The position numbers and the translations under genes were made by a program. This document shows, piece after piece, positions 11,123 to 26,505 of a DNA stretch of 64,000 nt. Position 1 is the stretch's first letter, and each line of letters starts with the position of its first letter. Source of the DNA: Macrostomum lignano. Its lineage: Eukaryota. The stretch lies in contig NIVC01000068.1 in NCBI GenBank assembly GCA_002269645.1, forward strand, positions 62,001-126,000. The letters are read 5' to 3'. Under the pieces are notes generated by a model. It made no database searches. It saw only the letters and a list, made by a program, of their open reading frames with translations, and was not told the DNA's origin.

Positions 11123-14100
11123 TCACGACTTCCCAGCGGCCCCTTTGCCTTTGCCTTTCGGCTTTCCGTCTCCATCCTGCGGCGGCGGCGGCTTGTTGAG
11201 CTGGTCAACCTTGGCCTTGAGCTCGTCGTGACTCTCGTGAATTGATTTGAACTCTTCAACACGAAGCTTCTGTTCTGATTGAATCTTCATGCCTAGCACA
11301 GTCTTGACAGTCTGCACCGCCTCGGCCAGCTTCCTCACCTGCGCGTGGCACTCTTCCAGCTCGGCTGCAGTCACGCCTCCGCCAGCGGCTGGCGCGGCGC
11401 CAGTGCTAGGGGCGCCAATTTTGGCGCGCAGTCGATCCAGCTCTTTGTTTAATTCGTCCACTGCTTTGGCGCGATCTGACACCTCGGCTGACAGGCTGGA
11501 GCGAAGATCGTCGCGAACTGTGCCGACCAGAGCGCTGGTGGAGCTCAGCTGGTGTTGGGGGACGTGAAGCCAAACTTAAATGTTCGCTCGTAGATAACTA
11601 CCCACTTCGGTGATTAGTGGGAAGCTGCTCTACCCACTTCGGTAATTAGTGGGAAGCCGATCTACCCACTTCGGTAATTAGTGGGAAGCCGCTCTACCCA
11701 CTTCGGTAATTAGTGGGAAGCTGCTCTACCCACTTCGGTAATTAGTGGGAAGCTGCTCTACCCACTTCGGTAATTAGTGGGAAGCTGCTCCACCCACTTC
11801 GGTAATTAGTGGGAAGCTGCTCTACCCACTTCGGTAATTAGTGGGAAGCCGCTCTACCCACTTCGGTAATTAGTGGGAAGCCGCTCTACCCACTTCGGTA
11901 ATTAGTGGGAAGCCGCTCTACCCACTTCTGTAGTTAATAGGAAGCTGCTCTACCCACTTCGGTAATTAGTGGGAAGCTGCTCTACCCACTTCGGTAATTA
12001 GTGGGAAGCTGCTCTACCCACTTCGGTAATTAGTGGGAAGCTGCTCTACCCACTTCGGTAATTAGTGGGAAGCTGCTCTACCCACTTCGGTAATTAGTGG
12101 GAAGCCGCTCTACCCACTTCGGTAATTAGTGGGAAGCTGCTCTACCCACTTCGGTAATTAGTGGGAAGCTGCTCTACCCACTTCGGTAGTTAATAGGAAG
12201 CTGCTCTACCCACTTCGGTAATTAGTGGGAAGCTGCTCTACCCACTTCGGTAATTAGTGGGAAGCCGCTCTACCCACTTCGGTAATTAGTGGGAAGCTGC
12301 TCTACCCACTTCGGTAATTAGTGGGAAGCTGCTCTACCCACTTCGGTAATTAGTGGGAAGCTGCTCTACCCACTTCGGTAATTAGTGGGAAGCTGCTCTA
12401 CCCACTTCGGTAATTAGTGGGAAGCCGCTCTACCCACTTCGGTAATTAGTGGGAAGCTGCTCTACCCACTTCGGTAATTAGTGGGAAGCTGCTCTACCCA
12501 CTTCGGTAGTTAATAGGAAGCTGCTCTACCCACTTCGGTAATTAGTGGGAAGCTGCTCTACCCACTTCGGTAATTAGTGGGAAGCCGCTCTACCCACTTC
12601 GGTAATTAGTGGGAAGCTGCTCTACCCACTTCGGTAATTAGTGGGAAGCTGCTCTACCCACTTCGGTAATTAGTGGGAAGCCGCTCTACCCACTTCGGTA
12701 ATTAGTGGGAAGCTGCTCTACCCACTTCGGTAATTAGTGGGAAGCCGCTCTACCCACTTCGGTAATTAGTGGGAAGCTGCTCTACCCACTTCGGTAATTA
12801 GTGGGAAGCCGCTCTACCCACTTGGATCCTTAATGCAACTACGTAGAGTGAAACTCATTTAGTCATGCAAACAATCTCAGTTATACTACTGTCTGCAGTA
12901 TCAATAAAATTTTCACCCTGAAACTGCATCAGCTCACCAAGTCGTCCGTAGCATTCTGTCTATTCTGCACAGCGGTTATCTGTCCCTTAACCAGCTCCTG
13001 CCATTTTATTGAATCGTCGAATTTCTCTGTCAACTCGCGTAGTAGCGTTGCTAAATTCTGAAATTTAAACAGCAAGATTATCTTGTTTGCGATTGTCTTA
13101 CAGATTTTATCAACACCAGCTTCTAGCGTCTATCCTCTCTGTATAGATATCTTAGAACCACCCCTGAACCACCAAAACCTTCACTTGCTACCTTTGGCAA
13201 CCACCTGAACCCCTGACAACCTTCACTTGCTACCTTTGGCAACCACCTGAACCCCTGACAACCTTCATTTTCTATCTTTGGCAACCACCTGAACCCCTGA
13301 CAACCTTCATTTTCTACCTTTGGCAACCACCTGAACCCCTGACAACCTTCATTTTCTACCTTTGGCAACCACCTGAACCCCTGACAACCTTCATTTTCTA
13401 CCTTTGGCAACCACCTGAACCCCTGACAACCTTCATTTTCTATCTTTGGCAACCACCTGAACCCCTGACAACCTTCACTTGCTACCTTTGGCAACCACCT
13501 GAACCCCTGACAACCTTCATTTTCTACCTTTGGCAACCACCTGAACCCCTGACAACCTTCACTTGCTACCTTTGGCAACCACTTGATCCCCTAAAGAACC
13601 TTCACCTATTCTTGAAAACACCTAATAAAACCTTTAAACCACAGCAAAATTAGCGCAGATCCAAATCTCGTGCACGGTAACTTACATCCGTCTTCTGTTT
13701 TTCCTATAAGAAGTAAAGGAAGATGGTCTTTTAATAATTCAGTTTTCTAACTACAGCAGCTTAACTGCAGTAGAGGCCAAGTTGCATTCTTACCAAATTA
13801 GCATTAGTATCAACCTTGTCAGTGAGCTTATCCAATTTGGTTGACAAAGATTGCATTCGCTCGTCAGTGTCAGTCACGCGACGCATTGTCTCGCGTCTGT
13901 AATCTTCCAGCATCGTCTGCAGCTGCTGCGAGTCCTGTTTTAAGAGCGAGCATTTTTATAATAATTGTAGAAATATTTTAGTCCAGTCCAGTTTGATCTT
14001 TGTAAGTAGTATGTTAAGATTGTTATGTTAACTTAATAGGTTCCTGTGTTGTAACAGCCCATGGGTGCTCTCAAAGTAACAACGAAATTAAACATCTCCT

Positions 14101-16034
14101 TTTATAAACATGCATCTTCTGAAATTGCTTTCTATACAGAGGCACGAGAACAGTATGTTAACTAGCAATCTGCGCCCCCCCCCCCGTAAGCCTTGACATG
14201 TCAGCAATTCCTCCCAAGATCCAAAGCATGAAAATATCTCGCGACAGATGCGAGCTGAGCTGATGTACAGACTGATTAGCGGTTAGCAAGCGCGGCAAAG
14301 AAAGGATTAAGTCGATAGACTAATAAAACAGGGTTAGAAAATTAACGGACTGATGTACATTTTGTCAGCTTGCGAGCGAGACAGAGAAACGAGTAATCTA
14401 AATGTACATTCGCAGTGAAACACTAAGGGTGGGGGAGAGGATAGGCTAGAAAATGGGGGGTTAGTGGGGTGAAGACACGATGTACATTTGTTGGCGGCCT
14501 CTGATAATGTACAGTGTCAATGAGTAATTAAATTAAAGAACTAACTGCTGAATATGCTGAGTATAAAAATAGTCAAATAGAAAGTCAAGAGCAATAAACT
14601 ATAATTGATTGAATCAATTAAATTACGAGTAGGCTATACGAGATTTAGAGTTACAAACAAAAAAATACATGCATTTACAGGAGGGCTGTGCTGTGTGCAC
14701 ACACTGGCGCAACGCCTTCGGTGACATTGCATCACAACCAGCACTCTGACAATTCTGTCTGCCCATCCCCGCTGACTTCTGAATCCTGAGCCATATACAA
14801 ACATAAGGTGTACGACGCCTCGGTGATTGGCCCTCGTGGGTGTACGACGACCCCCGTGGCCATTTTTTTCTACTCAGCAAGGCCAAAATGAATGTGGCGC
14901 GAGTCAGGCGCGCTTTACCGGTGAACGGCTCTGCTACCTATTTTTTTATTCAATACTACCAAAAATACGAGGGTTGTCCCATAAATAGCGAGAAAAGCCG
15001 GTACAGAGGCTGACTGTGATATTCGAATTTGATGCAACTTGCGTCATAAGTAGAAAAATATCCAACGGTTGTTTTGCTTTTTAAATGGGGTAAAAATGTC
15101 AATTCAACCTAAATGTTCTAATTATAGGCATAACTTTTGAATTAATTGACATTTTTACCCCATTTAAAAAGCAAAACAACCGTGGGATTTTTTTCTACTT
15201 ATGACGCAAGTTGCATCAAATTCGAATATCACAGTCAGCCTCTATGTTTTCCCCGCTATTTCTAGAACAACCCTCGTAGTTGCGGATTTGAACTCACCGA
15301 TGACGGCAGATTGCGCAACTTCTGCGCCAGCGCCGCCACCTCTCGGTCGGTTTTGTCCGCCCGAGCCTCGGCGTCGCGCGCGTTCGCCGCCGATTTTGAC
15401 GCGGCCGCCTCGGCCGCCTCCTGGGCCCGTCTGGCGGCTTCCACCAGCTCCACCGGCGGAGACATCGATGGCGGCGGCGGTGGCGGTGGCGCCTGTTGCT
15501 GCGGTGGTGGCGGCGCCGGCGGCGGTGGTTTCTGCTGCTTCAACGCCCGAATGGCCTCAGTAAGCCGCTGCTCCAGCTCCAGCCGAGCCTGGCGCTCCCG
15601 GCCAGACCGGATGTCCAGCTCGCCCAGCAGCATCCGCTCCGACTCCGTCTGGCCCCGGGCCGCCTCCTCCCGCAGCCGGACCTCTTTAGCCAGCATCCGC
15701 TGGTTCATCAGCTCCACAGCCTCCTGGATTCGAGTCTGCAACAGCAGCAGGTCAGCGTCCTGTAAGATGCTGCCGTTTCCAGCGGCACCGGAAGGCTTCT
15801 GCGACTGAGTTTGAGCCGCCTGCTGCTGCTGCTGCTGCTGCTGCAGCTGGGTGACCTGGCGCTCAAGCCGGCCTCGCTCGGCCGACTCGCGTTTCACCCG
15901 GTTCTTCAGATCCGACAGAGCGCGCTGGATGCCCGCCGCCGAGTTCCCGTCTCGATCTCGCGTCGCCCCACTGCTGCCGGGTCGCTGGTGCTGCTGGCTG
16001 GGCTTTTCCGGCTGTTGCTGGGGCTGCGGCGGGG

Positions 16035-16066
<32 letters not shown>

Positions 16067-17717
16067 GGGGGCGGCTGCGGAGCTGTCTGCTGATACTGCT
16101 GTTCGTATCGATCGTTTCGCCTTAGTGACGCAACCTGAATAATAATATGCGACGCGATAATAAAAAGATGATAAATAACTACAGGAGGGCCGCGAGCTGC
16201 AATGCCTTCGGCGACATCCACGCCAATTTTCGCACACGAATCGAACCAGGGGGTCGTGACTCGAGGGTGAGCTACGACCGTTAAGCTGCTCTGCCCTTTC
16301 CCCATAATATTCCGGGTTATTAATAGCAGAATCGTTGAAAGACGAGTTGTTTATTGCATGATAAACGATTTTTTAAGCCTCGTCATAAGGATTGTTTTGA
16401 TCATCGCCATTAAGGGTTATATTGGCCTTGAGAAGTGAAGTGTCGATAATATAAAGCGACCTTTTTTAGGTCGCAGTTTGTGGACCACTCCTCATTAAGG
16501 ATCATACTATCATCGACACAGGATGCGTTCTCATCCTCAGACAGTGCACACACTTCATAGGCTTGATTAGCTTCCAGTCCAATACACCCACCTCCTGAGC
16601 CAGCCTGTTTGTCAGTCTGTCCTGCTCAGCTCGACCTCTGGTCAACTCCGACAGCTCCGCTTCCAGCGCTTCAATCCGCGCCATTGTCTGCCGCTCCAGC
16701 CGGTCGATGCCTCCTCCGCCTCCTCCGGCGCCGTTTCCGCCACCTCCTTGGTTCGCGGCCACGGCAGCTGCGGCCCGCATAACGGCCTCCTCCATCGCCT
16801 GTCGAGTTCGTCGCTCTTGCCTGGCTGTGTTCGACCGCAACTCGTCCTGCGTGCGAGCCACCTCGGACAGTAGGGCCCGATTGGCGCGTTCGGCCACTCG
16901 AAGCCGCGCCTCCAGATTGCGCATCCGCTCCTCTGGACCTTCGGCACCGGCTGGCGTCGACGGCTGGTCGGCTCCGGCACCTGATCTGCCGACTAAGTCC
17001 TGAGATGGCCGAGCTATTGTGGGGAACTCCCATGCCCTGCGATTGGAAATAGATCAAATACAGTTGGAATATATTTGGAGTGAGGTGGTTGCAAGACTAT
17101 GCGGAGAGTGCTGGGGTAGGGAGTGAGGTGGTTGCAGGACTATGCGAAGAGTTCTGGGGGCAGGGAGTGAGGTGGTTGCAGGACTGTGCGAAGAGTTCTG
17201 GGGGCAGGGAGTGAGGTGGTTGCAGGACTGTGCGAAGAGTTCTAGGGGTAGGGAGTGAGGTGGTTGCAGGACTGTGTGGAGAGTTCTTGGGGCAGGGAGT
17301 GAGGTGGCTGCAGGACTGTACGAAGAGTTCTGGAGGCAGGGAGTGAGGTGGTTGCAGGATTGTACGAAGAGTTCTGGAGGCAGGGAGTGAGGTGGTTGCA
17401 GGACTGTACGAAGAGTTCTGGAGGCAGGGAGTGAGGTGGTTGCAGGATTGTATGGAGATCACTTGGGGCAGGGATTGAAGTGGTTAATGACTTGCGGAGA
17501 GTACTGGGGGACAGGGCGTGAGGCGGTTGTTTAAAAGAAATCCATTCAAAATAGTTATTGCATGTACAGTTTATGACTATTGTTTTGTGTATAATTTTAG
17601 GCATATTTATGATTAGAGTTTTTCCATTTGTAATGATTACTGTTACTGCCGATACGCAACTCACCTGATCGTTGGATTTCTGTTCCTAACAACGTAAGTC
17701 TGTTTTACTCCGTGCAT
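11123..17717 (-). CDS. CCDC154-like coiled-coil protein; exons 17717-17665, 17036-16592, 16134-15298, 13934-13794, 13057-12938, 11548-11123 (673 aa)
   Basis: All five introns are GT-AG and phases join into one open frame of 2022 nt; heptad-rich segments (NLEARLRVAERANRALLSEVAR; KLAEAVQTVKTVLGMKIQSEQKLRVEE) resemble CCDC154 from memory. Gene model is strong, family assignment moderate. Confidence 0.7.
11598..12823. repeat. 32-bp minisatellite (CTACCCACTTCGGTAATTAGTGGGAAGCTGCT), about 38 copies, in last intron of the coiled-coil gene
   Basis: Direct tandem repetition, internal CCCACT/AGTGGG inverted pair, no spacers. Confidence 0.97.
13160..13585. repeat. 42-bp minisatellite, about 10 copies, intronic
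   Basis: Unit CCACCTGAACCCCTGACAACCTTCACTTGCTACCTTTGGCAA repeated. Confidence 0.95.
14968..15276. mobile_element. Tc1/mariner-type MITE, 309 bp, long terminal inverted repeats, TA target duplication
   Basis: TA|CGAGGGTTGT at 14966 and ACAACCCTCG|TA at 15278; arms pair over more than 100 bp (GAGGCTGACTGTGATATTCGAATTTGATGCAACTTGCGTCATAAGTAGAAAAA and its reverse complement). Confidence 0.9.
17075..17520. repeat. 44-bp minisatellite, about 10 copies, in intron 1 of the coiled-coil gene
   Basis: Unit GGGAGTGAGGTGGTTGCAGGACTGTGCGAAGAGTTCTGGGGGCA. Confidence 0.93.
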
Positions 17718-19519
17718 TATTAGGTATTTTCTGTTGTAATCGCTTCCGTATTGTGTGCCGCTTATTTTCCGAGTGAAAAATGTAACAAAACTAAAAGAAA
17801 AGATTCACTGTTTCCCTGTTTAACACCGGTCTCTAGTCCCAGAAATTCTTGCCTCTGCCTGGCAACGTAAGACAACCAACCCCTAGCCAGCCTCCATCTG
17901 GCTTCATCTGGACCAATTAAGTCCCCGCCAAAACTTACTCTCCTTCCTCTCCACATTTCCTACAACTCTGTTCTTCCCTCGGCTGCAGTTCCAAAGCATT
18001 ATTTTCCTGCGTACGCAGCCAAAGCTGTCCTGTTGCGTTCCCAGCTCTGCCTCCGCCCCCCCCCCAGCTCCCAGAATCTTCCTCTGGCCATCGCTGTCTC
18101 TCTCTACACCTGGCAGCGGAGTTCTCCCCAACCAAACGAAGATGTACTCACAAAACTTGAAAGGAAACGGCGCTCCCCTGCAGCTGGTCGACTCTTCTCC
18201 TCCCACAAGTCTCTCTTCCCATCTGCTGGGTTGCCATTGACAACCTGCGCGTACTCTGTTTATCTACACTAACCGATACATGAATACTTAATTATGCAAT
18301 GCCACCAATTGAATACATTGTGGAATGCCTTGTTGTAAAACTTCATCATCAACTTGAATGGATACATTGGAATGGAGTTGGACGATTGCTAATTGTATCT
18401 AAATGACATGAAGGACAGTGGTCTGGCGCGGCAATCTGGTGTACCAGCGACCCAGGTTCGATTCCAAGTGCAGTCACATTAATTTGGGGCTAAATTGGAA
18501 TCTCGGCTTGGCTCTGCTCATGCAATTAACGGCCTTGAGGGCCAACCCCCAAGGCGCAGTGAAGTGTACATGCCTAACGATAAATAAAGTTAGGACCGCT
18601 GTACACTCCTGTGTGAGTGTGTGCCTGTGCGTATGACTGCGTACGTATCTGCGCGCTTGTGTGCCTGCTCAGGGGAGTCGGCGGAATGGGCAGCAGCAAT
18701 GCCTCTCGCCGGTTGTGTGACAATGTCGCTTAAAGTCCGCCAGGGTGCCACACAGCCCCTTGCTTCTAATAAAAAAGACATCAATGACTCTTAGCCCGCA
18801 GCTAGCGAGAAGGCCAGCAGGCATTCACCATCCCGCTGGCCTCTGAGCACGAACACGCAGGCACGGCGCTCATACAGAGTGTACAGGGTACAGCGGCCCC
18901 AGACTCTCCCTCTTGAAGCTCGTGGTCGCCAACTTTTTTTCGTGATACATAATTTTATAATATGCTACTTACTTACTAAGTAGTATCAACCATGATAGTT
19001 CCATCATTAATCCTTTAAAAACAGTTATATATATATAAGCAAAACTTCAAATTCATATTTAAATACATGCAATTTAATAAAGAGCTTTTAAGCAAAAACC
19101 TTTAAAGTGTATTTATAATAAATGATTATTAACCAAAACAATAAAACGAGAAGTACAAGACCTTATGCTTCGAGTACAAGTGCACTTTAACCCAATCGCA
19201 TAAATATCATAAATTGCACATAAATATGTTTTATATCAATATGAAGTATTTTCGCAGGCACCAAAACAGCAGCACTAAGTAGAACAGAAAATATGCATAT
19301 TAAGTCTGTCTTAAATTTGATATGCTTTTCCGACATTTCTTGGAAAACATACACAAGTTAATTGACAGAAAAAAACTAGAAAAATCTAAGCAAACAAGAA
19401 ATTAAGCGGAGTGGCTGTTGTTTGTTTTAAAAAACACTCAAAATTTGCAACAAGTTTCGTCACATTCGTCACAATAGAGAAAGACAGAAGCACAAGATGC
19501 TAAAAATGTGGCGTTAAAA

Positions 19520-21050
<1,531 letters not shown>

Positions 21051-21217
21051 GTACTCATCGCATTGCAATAATGCACTGCCACTAATTGAAAAACTAATAT
21101 AATCATGATGAATAAGAGCTCATACGTTGTGACTAGAATGCGTCATTTAAAATTTCGTCCAATTGACTCGAATGAACCGAAGCAATAAAAGCTTGGAAAT
21201 GAACTGTATTCCTTCAG

Positions 21218-24200
21218 CTAGATGTCCACGCAGCCCAGCAGCGGATCTCCGCAGCATCCCAATTTTGATGGAGAAGATCCAGTCTGCTGACCAACCGGCT
21301 CGTCAATGTGACTGCCAAACAGGGTGAGCAGTCGCGGATTAACTCGGCAGACAATATCGGCCGCTCTGAGCAGCTCTCCGTCGCTATTCCAAGCAGACAA
21401 CGGCTGGTCGTCCTGCTGCCTGTGCAGAATTCTGACAGAGAATGCGCTCACCCGACGGACAGCCACGCTGTCTAACTGAAACTGGGTCTCGACACCTTCC
21501 CAGCCACCCTGCTGCTCATCGATCAGTTTGGGCATCCAAGCTGGCCGGCAGGTGAGTCTGGTCAGATAATGCAGAAAGTGCAGCCGGTCCCGGCCCGGCA
21601 CCGTCACCAGGTCTGCCAGGCCGTCGGCCAGATGAGCAAACGGCACTGCGCCGTGAGGACTCTTGGCCGATCGACACGGCATTGTGAAGCTCGATACCGA
21701 CGCGTAGCGCCGGTGCGACTGACGCCATGCGTAGGCGTTACCGTTGCTAGGCAACGAAGCAACCGGTTGACGACGAATTGGGTCGACCCGATGTCCTGAC
21801 ACTGCCGGGCCGAGGTCGCGAACCGCCTGGCGGGCGATGTCGGCACTGGGAGGGTTGGCGCACAGCTGGCAGCGACGGTGGCAGGACAGCGGCTGACTGC
21901 AGACGGGAGTTTCGGTTTTTTTAAAGCTTGGGTTGAATAGACAGCCTTGTTTAGCTGAATTTTGTGGAGTTTTAGTGGAGGTTCTCTGTACTGTTTTGAG
22001 TTTATGACTTGGGATGCGTTACCTTGGGATCTGGGAAGCGTTACCTTGGGATCTGGGAAGCGTTACCTTGGGATCTGGGAAGCGTTACCTTGGGATCTGG
22101 GAAGCGTTACCTTGGGATCTGGGAAGCGTTACCTTGGGATCTGGGAAGCGTTACCTTGGGATCTGGGAAGCGTTACCTTGGGATCTGGGAAGCGTTACCT
22201 TGGGATCTGGGAAGCGTTACCTTGGGATCTGGGAAGCGTTACCTTGGGATCTGGGAAGCGTTACCTTGGGATCTGGGAAGCGTTACCTTGGGATCTGGGA
22301 AGCGTTACCTTGGGATCTGGGAAGCGTTACCTTGGGATCTGGGAAGCGTTACCTTGGGATCTGGGAAGCGTTACCTTGGGATCTGGGAAGCGTTACCTTG
22401 GGATCTGGGAAGCGTTACCTTGGGATCTGGGAAGCGTTACCTTGGGATCTGGGAAGCGTTACCTTGTCATCTGGGATCTGGGAAGCGTTACCTTGGGATC
22501 TGGGATTTGGGAAGCGTTACCTTGGGATAATGATTTTAGGAAGCGTTACCTTGGGATCTGGAATCTGGGAAGCGTTACCTTGAGATCTGGGATTTGGGAA
22601 GCGTTACCTTGGGATAAGGATTTTAGGAAGCGTTACCTTGGGATCTGGAATCTGGGAAGCGTTACCTTGAGATCTGGGATGCGTTACCTTGAGATCTGGG
22701 ATGCGTTACCTTGAGATCTGGGATGCGTTACCTTGAGATCTGGGATGCGTTACCTTGGGATCTGGGATCTGGGAAGCGTTACCTTGAGATCTGGGATGCG
22801 TTACCTTGGGATCTGGGATCTGGGAAGCGTTACCTTGAGATCTGGGATCTGAGAAACGTGACCTTGGAATCTGAGAAATGTGACCTTGGGATCTGGGAGA
22901 CGTGATTTTGGGATCTAAGAAAAGTAAACTTGGGATCTGAGAAAAAGTGACCTTGGGATCGGGGAGACGTGATTTTGGGATCTAAGAAAAGTAAACTTGG
23001 GATCTGAGAAAAGTGACCTTGGGATCGGGGAGACGTGATTTTGGGATCTAAGAAAAGTAAACTTGGGATCTGAGAAAAGTGACCTTGGGATCGGGGAGAC
23101 GTGATTTTGGGATCTAAGAAAAGTAACCTTGGGATCTGAGAAACGTGACCTTAGGATCTGCGAAACGTGACCTTGGGATCTGAGAAACGTGACCTTGGGA
23201 TCTGAGAAACGTGACTTTGGGATCTGAGAAAACTGACCTTGGGATCTGAGAGACGTCACCTTGGGATCTGAGAAAAGTGACCTTGGGGATCGGGGAGACG
23301 TGATCTTGGGATCTAAGAAACAGGAATGGCATCTGACCTGTTAAACTTGACGTGACCTTGGGATCTAGAATCGCTGAGCTCAATAATCCCAGCTACATTG
23401 GACGAATGTTTTAGCAAAACCATCAATGTACACACCGAACAGGCTCAGTCTCGATCAGGGTGACCTCCAGCAGGTGCCTGGGCAGCCGCATCAGAGTCAG
23501 TGCGCCCATCAGATCGTAGCGCATTGGTCCCAGCCAGCGCAACGACTCGCTGCCTTTGCAAATATCCCCAAAATAGCCGTACGACAGCAAGCCGAGGTTA
23601 TAAGCGATAAATTCGCCAGTGTGCAAATCGTACACTGAGGTGACGTCCATAGCAACCCGGTTGCCAAGCAGAATATGCACCAATGCAGTTGTTGCGTCGG
23701 TGTTGTTATTGACGCTGTGCACGATTGCGTCCGTGCTGCCTGAAATTGGCGAACAAATTTTAACTGCAATATTCGCCTACTGCTACTTAAAGTAGTCTAA
23801 TTTTAAAAAGTAATATCTCGTATATAGAAAAATGGAATTGGGATTCTTAAAATAGGGATCGGGATTAAAAGCTTAGGAATCGTGACTCAAATATTAAGGA
23901 TTAGGATCTATATATTAGGGATCCGGATCTATAGATTAGGGATCTTATAGATTAGGGATCGGGGTCCAGAGATTAGGGATTGGGATCTATAGATTAGGGA
24001 TCGAGATCTATAGATTAGAGATCGGAATGTATAGATTAGGGATCAGGATCTATAGATTAGGGATCGGTGTCCAGAGATTAGGGATCGGGATCTATAGATT
24101 AGGGATCGAGATCTATAGATTAGAGATCGGGATCTATAGATTAGGGATCAGGATCTATAGATTAGGGATCGGTGTCCAGAGATTAGGGATCGGGATCTAT

Positions 24201-26467
24201 AGATTAGGGATCAGGATCTATAGATTAGGGATCGGTGTCCAGAGATTAGGGATCGGGATCTATAGATTAGGGATCAGGATCTATAGATTAGGGATCGGTG
24301 TCCAGAGATTAGGGATCGGGATCTATAGATTAGGGATCAGGATCTATAGATTAGGGATCGGTGTCCAGAGATTAGGGATCGGGATCTATAGATTAGGGAT
24401 CGAGATCTATAGATTAGAGATCGGGATCTATAGATTAGGGATCAGGATCTATAGATTAGGGATCCGTGTCCAGAGATTAGAGATCGGTATCTATAGATTA
24501 GGGATCGGAATTCGTAGTTTAGGCATCGGGATTCACAGAGTAGGGACCGGGATCTATAAATTAGGGATTGGGATCTATAGATTAAGGATCGGGATCTATA
24601 GATGAGGGATCGGAATCTATAGATTAGAGATCGCAATTACATTAGACATCGCAATTCAAGGGATCTTGGCACCTACCGGACGGTATCACTCCGATCGGCA
24701 TGTCGGCAGGGTGCTCAGCGTCCAACTTGGAGTGCCCGTCGATGCCGAGGTCGAGCCGACGCCGCAGCAGCAAGCCGTGCACCAGCTCCGACAGGATTCC
24801 GTCACCGCCGACGCAGGCAACGCTGAATCAATCATAGGGTAGATTTGCATTGTTTACAGGCTAAATTAACGCGTCATGTGCAAGTTATCCTACTTAAAAA
24901 GTAGGAAAAAGGAATTTTTAAACAAACGGGAGCCGCTATGGCACCATAAAACACACCCAAAAGATGGTCATAAATGACACGCAAGATGGTGATAAAGATA
25001 CCCAAAAGTTGGTCATAATAAATACACCTAAAATACGGTTAAAAAAGACACCCAAAATATGGTAATAAAAGACACCCCAAATATGGTCATAAAGCCACCC
25101 CGAATATGGTCATAAGACACCCCAAATATGGTCATAAGACACCCCAAATATGATCATAAAAGACAAGACACCCCAAATATGGTCATAAAAGACACCCCAA
25201 ATATGGTCATAAGACACCCAACCAAAATATGGTCATAAGACACCCCAAATATGGTCATAAAAGCCACCCAAAATATGGTCATAAGACACCCAAAATATGG
25301 TCATTAAAGTCACCTCAATTATGGTCATAAAAGACACCCCAAATATGGTCATAAAAGACACCCAGAATATGTTCATAAAAGCCACCCCAAATATGGTCAT
25401 AAAGCCACCCCGAATATGGTCATAAAAGTCACCTCAAATATGGTCATAAAAGACACCCTAAATATGATCAAAAGACACCACAAATATGGTCATAAAAGAC
25501 ACCCAAAAGAGGGTCATAAAAGATACCCAAAATATAGTCATAAAAGACACCCCAAATATGGTCATAAAGCCACCCCGAATATGGTCATAAAACACCCAAA
25601 ATATGGTCATAAAAGTCACCTCAAAAATGGTCATAAAAGACACCCTAAATATGATCAAAAGACACCTCAAATATGGTCATAAAAGCCACCCCAAATATGG
25701 TCATAAAAGCCACCCCAAATATGGTCATAAGACACCCCAGATCGCGACATACAACGCCCATCCCGTACCAATCAAATTTCGCTAAGCACTCGCGCAGCAA
25801 AAAGTCCCTAGCATGATAGCGCCGCTCGGTGCGAATGGTAACTACTTGAATGCCGCAGGCGGTTAGCCAGGGCAGCACCAGACTCTTGGCCAGGGCATCG
25901 GAGCCGCCGCCGCCGCTTGTAGGATTAATAAACAGCAGCAGAGATTTCAGGCGTCTGAAGTGGCAGAAATGGAAGCGCAAGGGCGGGTGACTAAATATTG
26001 ATTGTGAATGTGCAAAGAATGAAAACTAGCGAGCTCAAAACTGATGTCCTCTCTTATCTAGCCTAGGTTATTAATCTGTCCCCTAAGATAAAAACAGTTT
26101 GCCTTACCTTAGCCTGTAGGGCCACGAGGACACAGCGTGCAACCGCCAAAAGCATTTTAAAGTTCAACTTTGACCCTCCCCCATTCACAATTTGTGACTT
26201 GACCTACACGAGACACCCAATTTCATAGCGAGTGTCATGAAATCATGGAGTCTGCAGACTTCTGCGACTTCGGTAGGTTGGAGAGGATCGGCAGTGAAAA
26301 GGGTAGGGTGGAGACTTAGGTGTTTTAATCTAGCATCTTGAAGCGCTTAAAAACCTTTAATGGAATCGAAGAGGGGATGGGAGAGAAGGGAGAAGAGGAA
26401 AGAGAGGAAAGAGCTGTGGTTAAAGGTAGAGGAGGGAAGGAAGAGAATAGCAGAGAAGAGAAAGGGA

Positions 26468-26505
<38 letters not shown>

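Noticed and set aside
11598-12823. CRISPR-like array (32-bp hairpin repeat); also the 31-bp, 28-bp and 23-bp arrays
   Set aside because: Units are directly head-to-tail with no unique spacers, lie in eukaryotic introns or TE context, and no cas genes are present
15201-17057. Overlapping antisense and alternate-frame ORFs across the coiled-coil exons (also across UFD1-like, CERK and LINE segments)
   Set aside because: Expected shadows of GC-rich coding sequence; no independent motifs
18415-18480. Second tRNA/SINE-like head (GGTTCGATTCC)
   Set aside because: Only a B-box-like motif; no convincing A box or body
21900-21960. Alternative CERK acceptor at about 21955 or a frameshift in the last exon
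   Set aside because: That acceptor gives an immediate stop after the phase-2 donor; the acceptor at 21927-21929 gives a continuous frame including CxxxCxxC through to the stop at 21218
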